From positions 1 through 37,012 of IMG/VR virus record IMGVR_UViG_3300037313_000116: a stretch of 37,012 bases of DNA; one strand, given 5' to 3'. Below the pieces are notes generated by a model that searched no databases, was not told where the DNA came from, and saw nothing but the letters and a program-made list of their open reading frames with translations. Origin of the DNA: a virus. Its lineage: Duplodnaviria; Caudoviricetes. Position 1 is the stretch's first letter. Every line of letters begins with the position of its first letter. Of this stretch, positions 1 to 8,900 are shown in pieces. The position numbers and the translations under genes were made by a program.

Positions 1-1
1 A

Positions 2-97
2 GAGTCGATGCTTCTGAACGCCAAACTCCTGTACATCCTGCGACACGAACAAGACGAATTCAACTGGCCAGTAAATGACCCACAATCTGTGGTGTGA
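2..97 (+). CDS. C-terminal fragment of probable phage 5'-3' exonuclease (truncated by window start)
   Basis: Manual translation ESMLLNAKLLYILRHEQDEFNWPVNDPQSVV*; N-x-x-LL-x-I-x-R...W-P ending resembles podovirus exonucleases; lies upstream of endonuclease I-like gene. Confidence 0.55.
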   Translation, partial: ESMLLNAKLLYILRHEQDEFNWPVNDPQSVV

Positions 98-221
98 TTG
101 TGCCCAATGTGAAAAACAATGGGCTGAGCAGGAGAAGTTCGATCATGAGGGTGCTGTAGAAACTTACGAGCTTGAGCAGGAAAAAGAATTGGATCAACTT
201 TATGAAAAGGATGGATGGTGA
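75..221 (+). CDS. small acidic hypothetical protein (48 aa, CxCxxC)
   Basis: Manual translation MTHNLWCDCAQCEKQW...; overlaps both neighbours as in packed phage operons. Confidence 0.55.
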   Translation: MTHNLWCDCAQCEKQWAEQEKFDHEGAVETYELEQEKELDQLYEKDGW

Positions 222-427
222 AGTTTCCTTTTAATGCCCATACACGGGCTGGCAGCGTAGTAACAATCACCGGGTATTACAAAGGTTACGACCGGCCTTG
301 GGTTGGTATTATTGACCTTGATCTAGTAGATGCCCATATTAATTATCCAGCAACTTGGATGGAGGGTGGACACTATATCTCGAACGAAATCGAAAGAGCC
401 TTCGACCTCATCGATCTACCGCAGTAA
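215..427 (+). CDS. hypothetical protein
   Basis: 70 aa ORF, AAGGA upstream, coupled to neighbours. Confidence 0.6.
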   Translation: MVKFPFNAHTRAGSVVTITGYYKGYDRPWVGIIDLDLVDAHINYPATWMEGGHYISNEIERAFDLIDLPQ

Positions 428-779
428 ACTAGAAGGGAAAGTGGCGGCTTTACTGCCACGGGTGGAGTATGAAGTGGAAAAACTTGCGTATGTTGTACCC
501 GCAAGTCATCATAAGTACACCGTGGACTTTAAAATTGGTCCCAAGAGCTACATTGAAGTAAAAGGCTATCTCAAAGCAAGTGAGCGTAAGAAATATGTGC
601 TGGTTCGAGATCAGAATCCAGACATCAAGCTACGCTTCTTTTTTGATAAAGCAGATAATCGTATCTACAAAGGTTCACCTACCACGTACGGTGATTGGGC
701 AACAGCAAACGGATTCGATTGGACTGACTTAAAACGTGGATTGCCACCTGAGTGGCTGGAGAATAATAATGAAAATTAA
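330..779 (+). CDS. T7 endonuclease I-like Holliday junction resolvase (true start may be downstream)
   Basis: YRSKLE...YE...Y..DF....IEVKG motif (PD-(D/E)xK), KYVLV...PDIKLRF, TTYGDWA..NGF.W. Confidence 0.85.
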   Translation: MPILIIQQLGWRVDTISRTKSKEPSTSSIYRSKLEGKVAALLPRVEYEVEKLAYVVPASHHKYTVDFKIGPKSYIEVKGYLKASERKKYVLVRDQNPDIKLRFFFDKADNRIYKGSPTTYGDWATANGFDWTDLKRGLPPEWLENNNEN

Positions 780-963
780 TCATAGCGTCGAGCTTGAAGA
801 TGGCTCGTACACGTATCAAGGTAATCTTACTGGCAAGGAGCTGGATTTTCTGGTAGAGTATGCAATTAATAATCTACTGATGCAAGGTGCTCTGCCATTC
901 TTGCATGAGGGTAGTGAGACGACTGGTGAGCTGGTAATGCCAGAGACTAATAGGGAGCAATAA
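769..963 (+). CDS. hypothetical protein
   Basis: ATG at 769 with GGAGA upstream (ORF track extends to 736). Confidence 0.65.
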   Translation: MKINHSVELEDGSYTYQGNLTGKELDFLVEYAINNLLMQGALPFLHEGSETTGELVMPETNREQ

Positions 964-964
964 T

Positions 965-1726
965 ATAAAGCACTTGTACATTCCCGACTGTCAAGTAAAA
1001 CCGGGACATGATTTTACCTACCTTAACCGTATAGGTAGGTACATCGTTGACAAAAAGCCAGATAAGATTATTTGCGGGGGGGACTTTGCTGACATGCCTA
1101 GCCTCTCGTCTTACGACGTAGGCAAGAAGTCTTTCGAAGGTCGCCGGTATCGAGCAGATATCGAAGCATCACACTCGGCTATGGGGGCTCTGCTCGCTCC
1201 GCTCTGGGAGTATAACAAACGAGCAGCACGTAATCACAAAGAGCGTTACAATCCTGAATTGATCCTAACTCTAGGAAACCATGAAAATCGGATCAACCGA
1301 GTGGTCAACGATGACCCTAAACTCGATGGAACAATCAGCATTGATGATCTCCAATACGAGTCCTATGGGTTTAAGGTGTACCCTTTCCTTGATGTGGTGG
1401 TTGTGGATGGTATTGCTTACTCCCATTATTTTACTACCGGCATTATGGGTCGTCCATGTACGACCGCATCTGCGCAGCTTAGTAAAAAGCACATGTCGTG
1501 TGTGGCAGGCCACCAGCAAGGTCTTCAAATCGCTACGGCCTACAAAGCAGACGGAACCCAACTGACCAGCATCATCGCCGGTAGCTGCTACGAACATGAC
1601 GAGGATTATATGTCCAGTCAAGGTAACAAACACTGGCGAGGCATTCTCATGCTCCATGATGTAGAGGATGGAGCCTTTGACCTGATGCCGGTTTCCCTTA
1701 AATATCTCAACAAGAAATATGGCTAA
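965..1726 (+). CDS. calcineurin-like metallophosphoesterase (start ATA 965 or TTG 974)
   Basis: IPDCQ, GDFAD, LGNHE, SHYF, GHQQ metal-binding motifs. Confidence 0.85.
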   Translation: MKHLYIPDCQVKPGHDFTYLNRIGRYIVDKKPDKIICGGDFADMPSLSSYDVGKKSFEGRRYRADIEASHSAMGALLAPLWEYNKRAARNHKERYNPELILTLGNHENRINRVVNDDPKLDGTISIDDLQYESYGFKVYPFLDVVVVDGIAYSHYFTTGIMGRPCTTASAQLSKKHMSCVAGHQQGLQIATAYKADGTQLTSIIAGSCYEHDEDYMSSQGNKHWRGILMLHDVEDGAFDLMPVSLKYLNKKYG

Positions 1727-2054
1727 TAACGAACCAACTGGACTTCGATACAACGAAGGTAAGAATCCGTTAGAACTGCTCGATCCCCTCGCACTAGAGG
1801 GGCTTGCACGAGTTCTAGAGTTCGGGGCGACTAAGTACGCCCCTCACAACTGGCGGAGCGGTTTTAAGTACAGTTCCATTATCGGCTGTCTGATGCGTCA
1901 CCTGTTCGCTATTCTGAAAGGTGAACTTATCGACAAGGAAAGTGGACTACCCCATATTGACCACGTTGGGTGTAACTGGATGTTTTTGTCGTATATGATG
2001 AAGGCCCGTCCTGATCTGGACGATCTCTGGAAACCTAAAGATGGCACAATCTAA
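1719..2054 (+). CDS. DUF5664-like dATP/dGTP diphosphohydrolase domain protein
   Basis: G.RYN.GK..L.LL...AL...ARVLEFGA.KY..HNW..G...RHL....GE..D.ESGLPH..H. Confidence 0.85.
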   Translation: MANNEPTGLRYNEGKNPLELLDPLALEGLARVLEFGATKYAPHNWRSGFKYSSIIGCLMRHLFAILKGELIDKESGLPHIDHVGCNWMFLSYMMKARPDLDDLWKPKDGTI

Positions 2055-2262
2055 AGCACGTAGCTGGAAAGAAGCATGGACTAACATTGCAATTGGGTAC
2101 TCTATCAACTTTGTAGCCAATCTGCTGGTCTTCCCTCTGTTTGGGTATAATGTGACCGTGCATGATAACCTCATTATCGGGGTTATCTATACGTTTATCA
2201 GCTTGGCCCGACAGTATGTGATCCGACGCTGGTTCAATAAAGGTGACGATGAAAACAAGTGA
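2041..2262 (+). CDS. small two-TM phage membrane protein
   Basis: QSK.RS..EA..N..IG; two hydrophobic segments; R.Y.IRRWFN tail. Confidence 0.7.
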   Translation: MAQSKARSWKEAWTNIAIGYSINFVANLLVFPLFGYNVTVHDNLIIGVIYTFISLARQYVIRRWFNKGDDENK

Positions 2263-2941
2263 TATTGAGGTAACTCTTATCGACAGCATGGGCAGCGACA
2301 TTAGCGTGGTTAATGCTGCTCGTGTGAGTTTTGATAAGACTAGCGAGTTGGAGTATGATGCTGAGGGTGTGGCCTATCTAAAAGAGGCTGACTACAAGCT
2401 TATCAACTACCTCGCCAAGCACAAGCACACCAGCCCGTTTAATCATGCTTTCATGACGTTCCGTGTCAAGGCACCGATCTTTGTGGCTCGCCAATTGGTT
2501 AAGCACAAGTTCATGCCGTGGAATGAAGTGAGCCGTCGGTATGTAGATAGTGAGCCTGAGTTCTATATGCCTGATCTTCGTGCAAGGGCTGAGAACGTTA
2601 AGCAGGGAAGTGCAGATCATGGATTAGGGGATCAAGAGGATAATGGCAAGATGATTCTCTTTATGGCAACGGAGGCTGGGTATACGTTCTACAAAGACCT
2701 TCTGAGCCTTGGTACTTGTCCTGAACAAGCACGAATGGTGCTGCCTCAGAACACCATGACTGAGTGGATTTGGAGTGGCACACTGGGAGCATTCGCTGAT
2801 ATGCTCAAGCTTCGCCTTGATCCACATGCTCAGTATGAAAGCCGAATTGTAGCAGAAAAAATCAAAGCCGAGGTTGAGAAGCTGTTTCCAGTTTCCAGCA
2901 AAGCGTTGTTAAACGCTGACCAAGGCACTATTGGAGACTGA
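2243..2941 (+). CDS. thyX: flavin-dependent thymidylate synthase
   Basis: VNAARVSF, H.SPF, ARQLVKH...NEVSRRY, PEQARMVLP, LRLD.HAQ.E. Confidence 0.95.
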   Translation: MTMKTSDIEVTLIDSMGSDISVVNAARVSFDKTSELEYDAEGVAYLKEADYKLINYLAKHKHTSPFNHAFMTFRVKAPIFVARQLVKHKFMPWNEVSRRYVDSEPEFYMPDLRARAENVKQGSADHGLGDQEDNGKMILFMATEAGYTFYKDLLSLGTCPEQARMVLPQNTMTEWIWSGTLGAFADMLKLRLDPHAQYESRIVAEKIKAEVEKLFPVSSKALLNADQGTIGD

Positions 2942-3268
2942 ATGACTTTTAACGAATATCAAGATTGGGCGAAAGCCTTTGCTTTCTATCCGTATGCCGG
3001 TACTAGTCGTCCGGAAGAAGTAACATATGTTGCTCTTGGCCTTACAGGTGAGGCAGGGGAATTTGCAGAGAAGGTCAAGAAGTATATTCGTGATGACGAT
3101 TGGGATGCACCTCTTGCCGCAAGAGAGCTTGGTGATGTATTATGGTATGTAGCCCGAGCAGCAGAGGCTCTTGGATACACTTTGGATGATATCGCTGATA
3201 TGAACATCAAAAAGTTGCAAGATCGACAGGCACGTAATGTGCTTAGTGGTAGTGGTGATGAACGATAA
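2942..3268 (+). CDS. MazG-like nucleoside triphosphate pyrophosphohydrolase
   Basis: LGLTGEAGEFAEKVKK, ELGDVLWY, N..KL.DR..R....GSGD.R. Confidence 0.9.
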   Translation: MTFNEYQDWAKAFAFYPYAGTSRPEEVTYVALGLTGEAGEFAEKVKKYIRDDDWDAPLAARELGDVLWYVARAAEALGYTLDDIADMNIKKLQDRQARNVLSGSGDER

Positions 3269-3449
3269 TATCACCATTCGTGAGCTACAGGAAAGGGCCG
3301 CCGAGCGGCTCGATCCTGATGAGCTTGTGGAATTGTTGGACATTAGCAGTGAAGAATTGGTAGAAGCATTTCCGGATAAGATTGAGGAACACTATGAGCA
3401 ACTCGTACAAGAACTTTTCGACGAATTTGGAGAAGATCAAGAAACGTAA
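3258..3449 (+). CDS. acidic hypothetical protein
   Basis: ATG 3258 overlapping previous gene; DELVELLDISSEELVEAF.DKI pattern. Confidence 0.7.
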   Translation: MNDNITIRELQERAAERLDPDELVELLDISSEELVEAFPDKIEEHYEQLVQELFDEFGEDQET

Positions 3450-3564
3450 AGACCGTCGGGAACATGCCGACTGGAAACTCCGAGTGGAGAAGCAGGAACG
3501 AGAAGAGTGGGAGAAGCAGCGTCAGATGCGTGAGTATCTGCGTGACAAAGGTGAAGAGGAGTAA
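3382..3564 (+). CDS. small charged hypothetical protein (start uncertain, possibly TTG 3427)
   Basis: Fills gap before RNR; contains the RNR RBS GAGGAG. Confidence 0.5.
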   Translation: MRNTMSNSYKNFSTNLEKIKKRKDRREHADWKLRVEKQEREEWEKQRQMREYLRDKGEEE

Positions 3565-3567
3565 TAT

Positions 3568-5238
3568 TTGGAAGTTAATCGCTTTAAGTCGAGCTTCGCT
3601 CGCAACACGTTTTTTAATAAATATGCCCAAGGCGCAAATGACACATGGGACGCCCTATGTGATCGTCTTGTTGATGATGTATGCGGTACTCGCGGTGGTA
3701 CTCTTAACCCACTTATGGGAGAGGATGAGCGTCGCCAACTAGCACAGTTCATGAAGGAGATGAAATTCTTGGCTGGTGGACGCTACCTTTATTATGCAGG
3801 ACGTGAATTCAAAGCCTACAACAACTGCTACCTGCTGCGTGCAGAAGAGGACACTCGTGAGGAGTGGGCTAATGTGGTTTGGCGAGCTATGTCTTGCCTT
3901 ACTACTGGCGGTGGTATTGGTATCGACTATTCTATTCTACGGCCTAAAGGCCGGGTGCTTCGACGCACCGGAGGAAAAGCCTCTGGACCGATCCCTCTTA
4001 TGCAAGCCGTCAACGAAGTCGGGCGTAATGTTATGCAGGGAGGTTCTCGTCGTTCCGCAATCTACGCATCCCTGAACTGGCAGCACGAGGATATTCCGGA
4101 CTTCCTTAAGTCGAAGGACTGGTCGAATATGCCGATTGGTAACAGTGGCCTAACGGTTGCTGATGCGAAAATGGCAGACTTCAATTATCCGGCACCTCTG
4201 GACATGACCAACATCAGTGTCAACTATGACGATGCTTGGCTCAATCTTGAGAACCGTCACCTGAATCCTATCTTCCTTGAGAATTGCCGACAGGCGATGA
4301 AGACGGGTGAGCCGGGCTTCTCATTTAATTTTGGAGATAAGCAGAATGAAACGCTTCGCAATGCTTGCACTGAGGTTACTAGTGCTGACGATAGTGACGT
4401 TTGTAATCTTGGTAGCATTAACATGGGAAATATCGACGACATTGACGAGTTCGCTGATGTGGTTCGACTTGCTAGTAAGTTTCTTGTATGCGGTACTCTT
4501 CGAGCTGACCTCCCCTACGACAAAGTAAAGAAAGTACGAGAGAAGAACCGCCGCCTTGGCCTCGGTCTCATGGGTATTCATGAATGGCTGCTCAAACGAA
4601 AATCACCATATGAGGTAACTCCTGAACTACACAAATGGCTTGAAATCTACCGAGACGTATCTAAATCATCCGCTGATGAGCATTGTGAGAGACTTTATAT
4701 CTCTAAACCTGCGGGTTATCGCGCCATTGCCCCCACAGGAACGATTGGAATCCTTGCAGGCACTACGACTGGCATTGAACCTCTCTTTGCAGTTGCTTAC
4801 AAACGACGATACCTTACAGATGGAACCGTCTGGAAATACGAGTACGTCGTCGATTCTACTGCCGACCGACTCATCAAAGAGTATGGGCTAAACCCTGATG
4901 ACATCGACACAGCCTACAAACTCAGCCATGACTTCGAACGACGAATCAAGTTCCAAGCGGACATTCAAGATTACGTTGATATGTCAATTTCGAGCACCAT
5001 CAACTTGCCACAATGGGGTAGCGAAGGCAACAGCGAGGGAGATGTTGGACGATTTGCAAGAATCCTTAGCGAGTATGCTCCCCGACTCCGAGGCTTTACG
5101 TGTTACCCAGATGGGAGTCGAGGAGGTCAACCCCTAACCGAAGTATCCTACAGCGAGGCAATTGCAAACGTGGGTACTATCTTCGTCGAGAACGACATCT
5201 GTGATATCAGTGGAAAAGGTGGGACATGTGGTTCGTAA
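3568..5238 (+). CDS. nrdJ: ribonucleotide reductase, probably class II (B12-dependent)
   Basis: GGR.L, NNCY, GGG.G, NACTE thiyl-radical loop, CNLGSIN, R.LGLG.MG, IAPTGT, ISSTIN, C-terminal Cys pair; no ATP cone and no NrdB in window; TTG start with GAGGAG. Confidence 0.85.
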   Translation: MEVNRFKSSFARNTFFNKYAQGANDTWDALCDRLVDDVCGTRGGTLNPLMGEDERRQLAQFMKEMKFLAGGRYLYYAGREFKAYNNCYLLRAEEDTREEWANVVWRAMSCLTTGGGIGIDYSILRPKGRVLRRTGGKASGPIPLMQAVNEVGRNVMQGGSRRSAIYASLNWQHEDIPDFLKSKDWSNMPIGNSGLTVADAKMADFNYPAPLDMTNISVNYDDAWLNLENRHLNPIFLENCRQAMKTGEPGFSFNFGDKQNETLRNACTEVTSADDSDVCNLGSINMGNIDDIDEFADVVRLASKFLVCGTLRADLPYDKVKKVREKNRRLGLGLMGIHEWLLKRKSPYEVTPELHKWLEIYRDVSKSSADEHCERLYISKPAGYRAIAPTGTIGILAGTTTGIEPLFAVAYKRRYLTDGTVWKYEYVVDSTADRLIKEYGLNPDDIDTAYKLSHDFERRIKFQADIQDYVDMSISSTINLPQWGSEGNSEGDVGRFARILSEYAPRLRGFTCYPDGSRGGQPLTEVSYSEAIANVGTIFVENDICDISGKGGTCGS

Positions 5239-5290
5239 TATTTTTAATTGTCTGCGCTGGTCTGATTATCATGTGGTTGAGTAATCCACG

Positions 5291-5473
5291 GTGATCCTCT
5301 TTCTGACTGATACCTTGACCCTTGGATTCCAGACCATCTTCGGTGCTAATGTAGGCTTTGAGATCATTACTAAAGCTGACTTTGCCAAGACTGGTCTACC
5401 TATGAAGTGGTCATTCCTAGTTAATCTGTTTGCTGTACGATTTACTCTGACTCGGTATCTGGAAGAAGAATAA
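5291..5473 (+). CDS. small hydrophobic hypothetical protein
   Basis: 60 aa ORF ending right at the terminator; weak RBS. Confidence 0.5.
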   Translation: MILFLTDTLTLGFQTIFGANVGFEIITKADFAKTGLPMKWSFLVNLFAVRFTLTRYLEEE

Positions 5474-5475
5474 AT

Positions 5476-5508
5476 AAAAAGGGGAGCCAATTGGCTCCCC
5501 GTTCTTTT
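5476..5508. terminator. bidirectional intrinsic terminator between the two convergent arms
   Basis: AAAAA-GGGGAGCCAATTGGCTCCCC-GTTCTTTT, perfect 20-bp inverted repeat flanked by A and T runs. Confidence 0.9.
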
Positions 5509-5929
5509 AACGATGTAGAAACAGATCAGCTTCAGCGGCCCTTCGGTCCACCAATCCCTTCAACACCTTACCCCCTGCCTTGTTCCATTTCTGGAACTCC
5601 ATCCCCGCCTCCATATAACTACCCGCATTCAGTAGTTTCAAGAGCGTCGAAGACGCGAGATTACCTTCCCCAAGATTAAACGCAAAGTCGCACAGTGCAT
5701 CATACTGCCCCTGTGTGAGCGGTACATGGACCAGTCGCTTAACAGCCGCTTCCTTGATCCACATATCCTGCCGCAGATATTCATCTGCTTCTTTTTCAGT
5801 ACAGGTATCCCCCTCTTTCACACCCTTTGTGTGTCCATAACCAATAGTCCAGACACCGACTGAATCTTGATAAGCTTTCAGTCGAAGTGCTTCGAACTTC
5901 TTGGTCATTTCATAGCTGGTATATTCCAT
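5507..5929 (-). CDS. endolysin, GH24 phage lysozyme
   Basis: FE.LRL.AYQDSVGVWTIGYGHT, QYDAL.DF.FNLG, STLLK.LN, GLV.RR..E. Confidence 0.95.
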   Translation of the reverse strand: MEYTSYEMTKKFEALRLKAYQDSVGVWTIGYGHTKGVKEGDTCTEKEADEYLRQDMWIKEAAVKRLVHVPLTQGQYDALCDFAFNLGEGNLASSTLLKLLNAGSYMEAGMEFQKWNKAGGKVLKGLVDRRAAEADLFLHR

Positions 5930-8900
5930 TACCTTCCTTCCCTAATATTTACAGCACCTTTGAAACCACTAGTAGCGTTCTGCAAGCGTTGTTGCTCATC
6001 TTGGGACAGGTGTTGATCTCTCATCCAAGTGCTGAATTTACTGACAAAGGAATCCGGAGATTCCCCCAACTGTGCAGCTTGTTGGATATATCCCTGAATC
6101 TTCGCAGTGGTCAGATTACCACTCATAGAGTCGTACTTAGCCCGAGTCAAGATACGATCCACCACATCAGCATTGCCCTTTTGAATCTGACTATCTGAGT
6201 AGTTCTTAGCCAGTTCTTTGGACTCACCAATGCTACGGAATCCAAAGTTCCGCATAGCCATTTCCCCATCACTACGATACACTCGTCCTTTACCGAAGTT
6301 AGGACCAGCAGTGTTGTTCTGATAGAGGTTACGACCATCTGGTTGTTTCTCCGTGAACATCTGATTCTCCAAGAATCCTTGAATGGATTGAGGAGCAATG
6401 GATTTACCCAGCATCTTACCAGTAGTCATGTTAGGCTGAACCACAAAGCGACCAGTTGCCTGTGCCATATCCAGAACCGCACTACCGTATGGAATGAGTG
6501 CCTGTCCCATATTATCCGGGATCAGATTGGCATTACTGAATCGACTTGTCATATCCAAGCCAAGAGTACTAAAGATACCATGCGTAAGCAGTTCAGGAGT
6601 ATTATGACTGAACAGTTCATTCGTCAGAGTGTCCGGCTTCCCAAGCATATTAGTCACCAACTGATAAGCAGTGTCTGCTTCGTTATATCCGAAGAAGCCC
6701 ATAATACCCCCGAAGGCTAACGAGGTGGCAAGAAATGCAGCCATAGGCGTGTAACTCTTGATACCATTATCAGCACGAATGCCTTCACGGGTATAGAACG
6801 CCATTTGACTTGCTTGGTTATGCTTATACCGAGTAAGGGTACTTGCAATGTCACCAAGCCAGCCGAGCTTTGCATACCCCATCGGACGTTCGATAGGATG
6901 GTAATTCACCATCGTGAAGTTCGTCATGTTCTCAGCAGCACCAAAGATATCCTTAGTCGGGATACCAGCGTCTTTGAGCAAATGAGAATAGAACAGGAAG
7001 GATATACCGCGAGTCAGGTGTTCCGGAATCGTGATATTAAGGTCTGCGATCTTATGGTAATTCTCCATGATCGGAGACTGATTAATATCCTTGGTATGGT
7101 CTGCCATTTTCACATCCATGATACCATTCTTGGCAGCATAGTCAAGGGCTTGTTTTTCAAAGCCACTCAGCTTAGTCATCTTTTCGTCAGTAAGACCATG
7201 TAGATAGGTATTAGCTGCCTTAACCTGAGCAGTGGTAGCACTGAACTCCAGACCACGATTCTTCAACAAAGCAATCATACCGGGGTGAACCTGTAATGGT
7301 TGCATAAGCTGAGTAATCGAGAATGGAATATTCAACAGTCCCATAAACTTCTGCATGGCAAAGTGCTTCACCAAGTTTGATGCCTTGAACATATTGCTAT
7401 GTCCAATACCACTGAACTCTCCTAGCTTAGATACAGTCCAGTTAGCAGCATCTGCCAGAACTCCTTGATTACGTCCAAGGGCATGGTCAACATATTGCTT
7501 TGCCCATTCCGTAGCATTTGGAGTCTGCTTAACTACTTCCTCATCTCCCAATAGCGGTTTCAGATCGTGAACTGCTTTCTCCATTGCCATCCACGAATAG
7601 CCCTGTTCGTAGTACGCAATCTGTGCCTTCATACCTTCTTCGGCATTCTTCATAGCCGTTTCCCACGGCTTGTTGCCTTGACTACCAACAATACCACCAG
7701 CATCTTTGACCTTAGCCTTAGCATGACGAGTAGCATTCAAATAGTTGATTGCATCACTCTGCATGTAATCCCGATAGGTCTCAAACAGCTTAGCAGCACT
7801 TGCATCAGTGCGCTCGATGAAGTTGATAGCTTCCATCAGACCGCCAAAGCGATCAGCAGGGCGCTTACCACGGCCTAGGGTGTTGTATTCACGCTTACCC
7901 ATTTGCCACTCTGGGTGCTTCTCAGCCATGAACTTCGAAATTTTATCCAGTTCCCAACGAGTAGAGCCAGCAATACGGCCTACGATCTTACCATCGGCAT
8001 CAAATACGAATCTGGAGAAGTCACCCATAAAGCGACCAGCAATGTGAGCAGTACGCTTATCAATCGGCTTCATACCTAGTTGAGCACGAGTATCATTGAA
8101 GTCCTTAAAGAACCGGTTATCAATTTCTCGTTGCTTGAGGTAGTAGGCCACTTGCTTCTCATTCATTCCTGCTTCTCGAAGTTCCTGACCACTGAGTTCT
8201 TTGTGGCCTTCATGAAGCATTTGTACTGCCCAAATTTCACCCTTCTCCTCTGGAGTGATCTCGCGCATGCGAGGCACTAGGCCAGTCTCCGGATTCGTCA
8301 GATAATCCTTGACATTGCGGGAGAACTCTTGAGTAGCCCTAGTCATACGCTCGTAAGTATACTTCACTACCGGATTACGGGTCTTGAGGCTTTCAAACAA
8401 ACCACCTGCCTGTAACTGGTGACTTAGACGTTCCAACATGGTATTGGGGATATCGTCAGCCTGCTTTGCCATGCCGATGATTTCATCCATCGGCTTATCA
8501 TAGAAGGTAAAGTCAGAAATCGGACCCTCCAGACCCGGAACCTTCAGACGTTGAACATCTTCAAAGTTCTTGGTGTTTACGGGTTCAGGCTTCTTCTTAC
8601 GAGTTACCATCAGGTCCGATAGCTTACTAGGCATACCGGCATCCTCTAGAGTACTCTTAGTAGTGTCCTTACCAGCCTCAGCAATCTGTTTACCCAAGTC
8701 AAGCGTATGTTCCAGAGCATCCGAGATGGGAGTACGGGTAGAGCCCGACATTCCTAGAATACTCTTCACATTGTCTACAAACCGCCGCCACGTAGAGCGG
8801 TTCTGATTCTCAAGCTTGTGTTCCTTGAGATACTGCTGGAATTCCGGACTAGAGAATGCTTCAGCCAGAAACTCCTTCGGATTCACAATGCTCGGAAACT

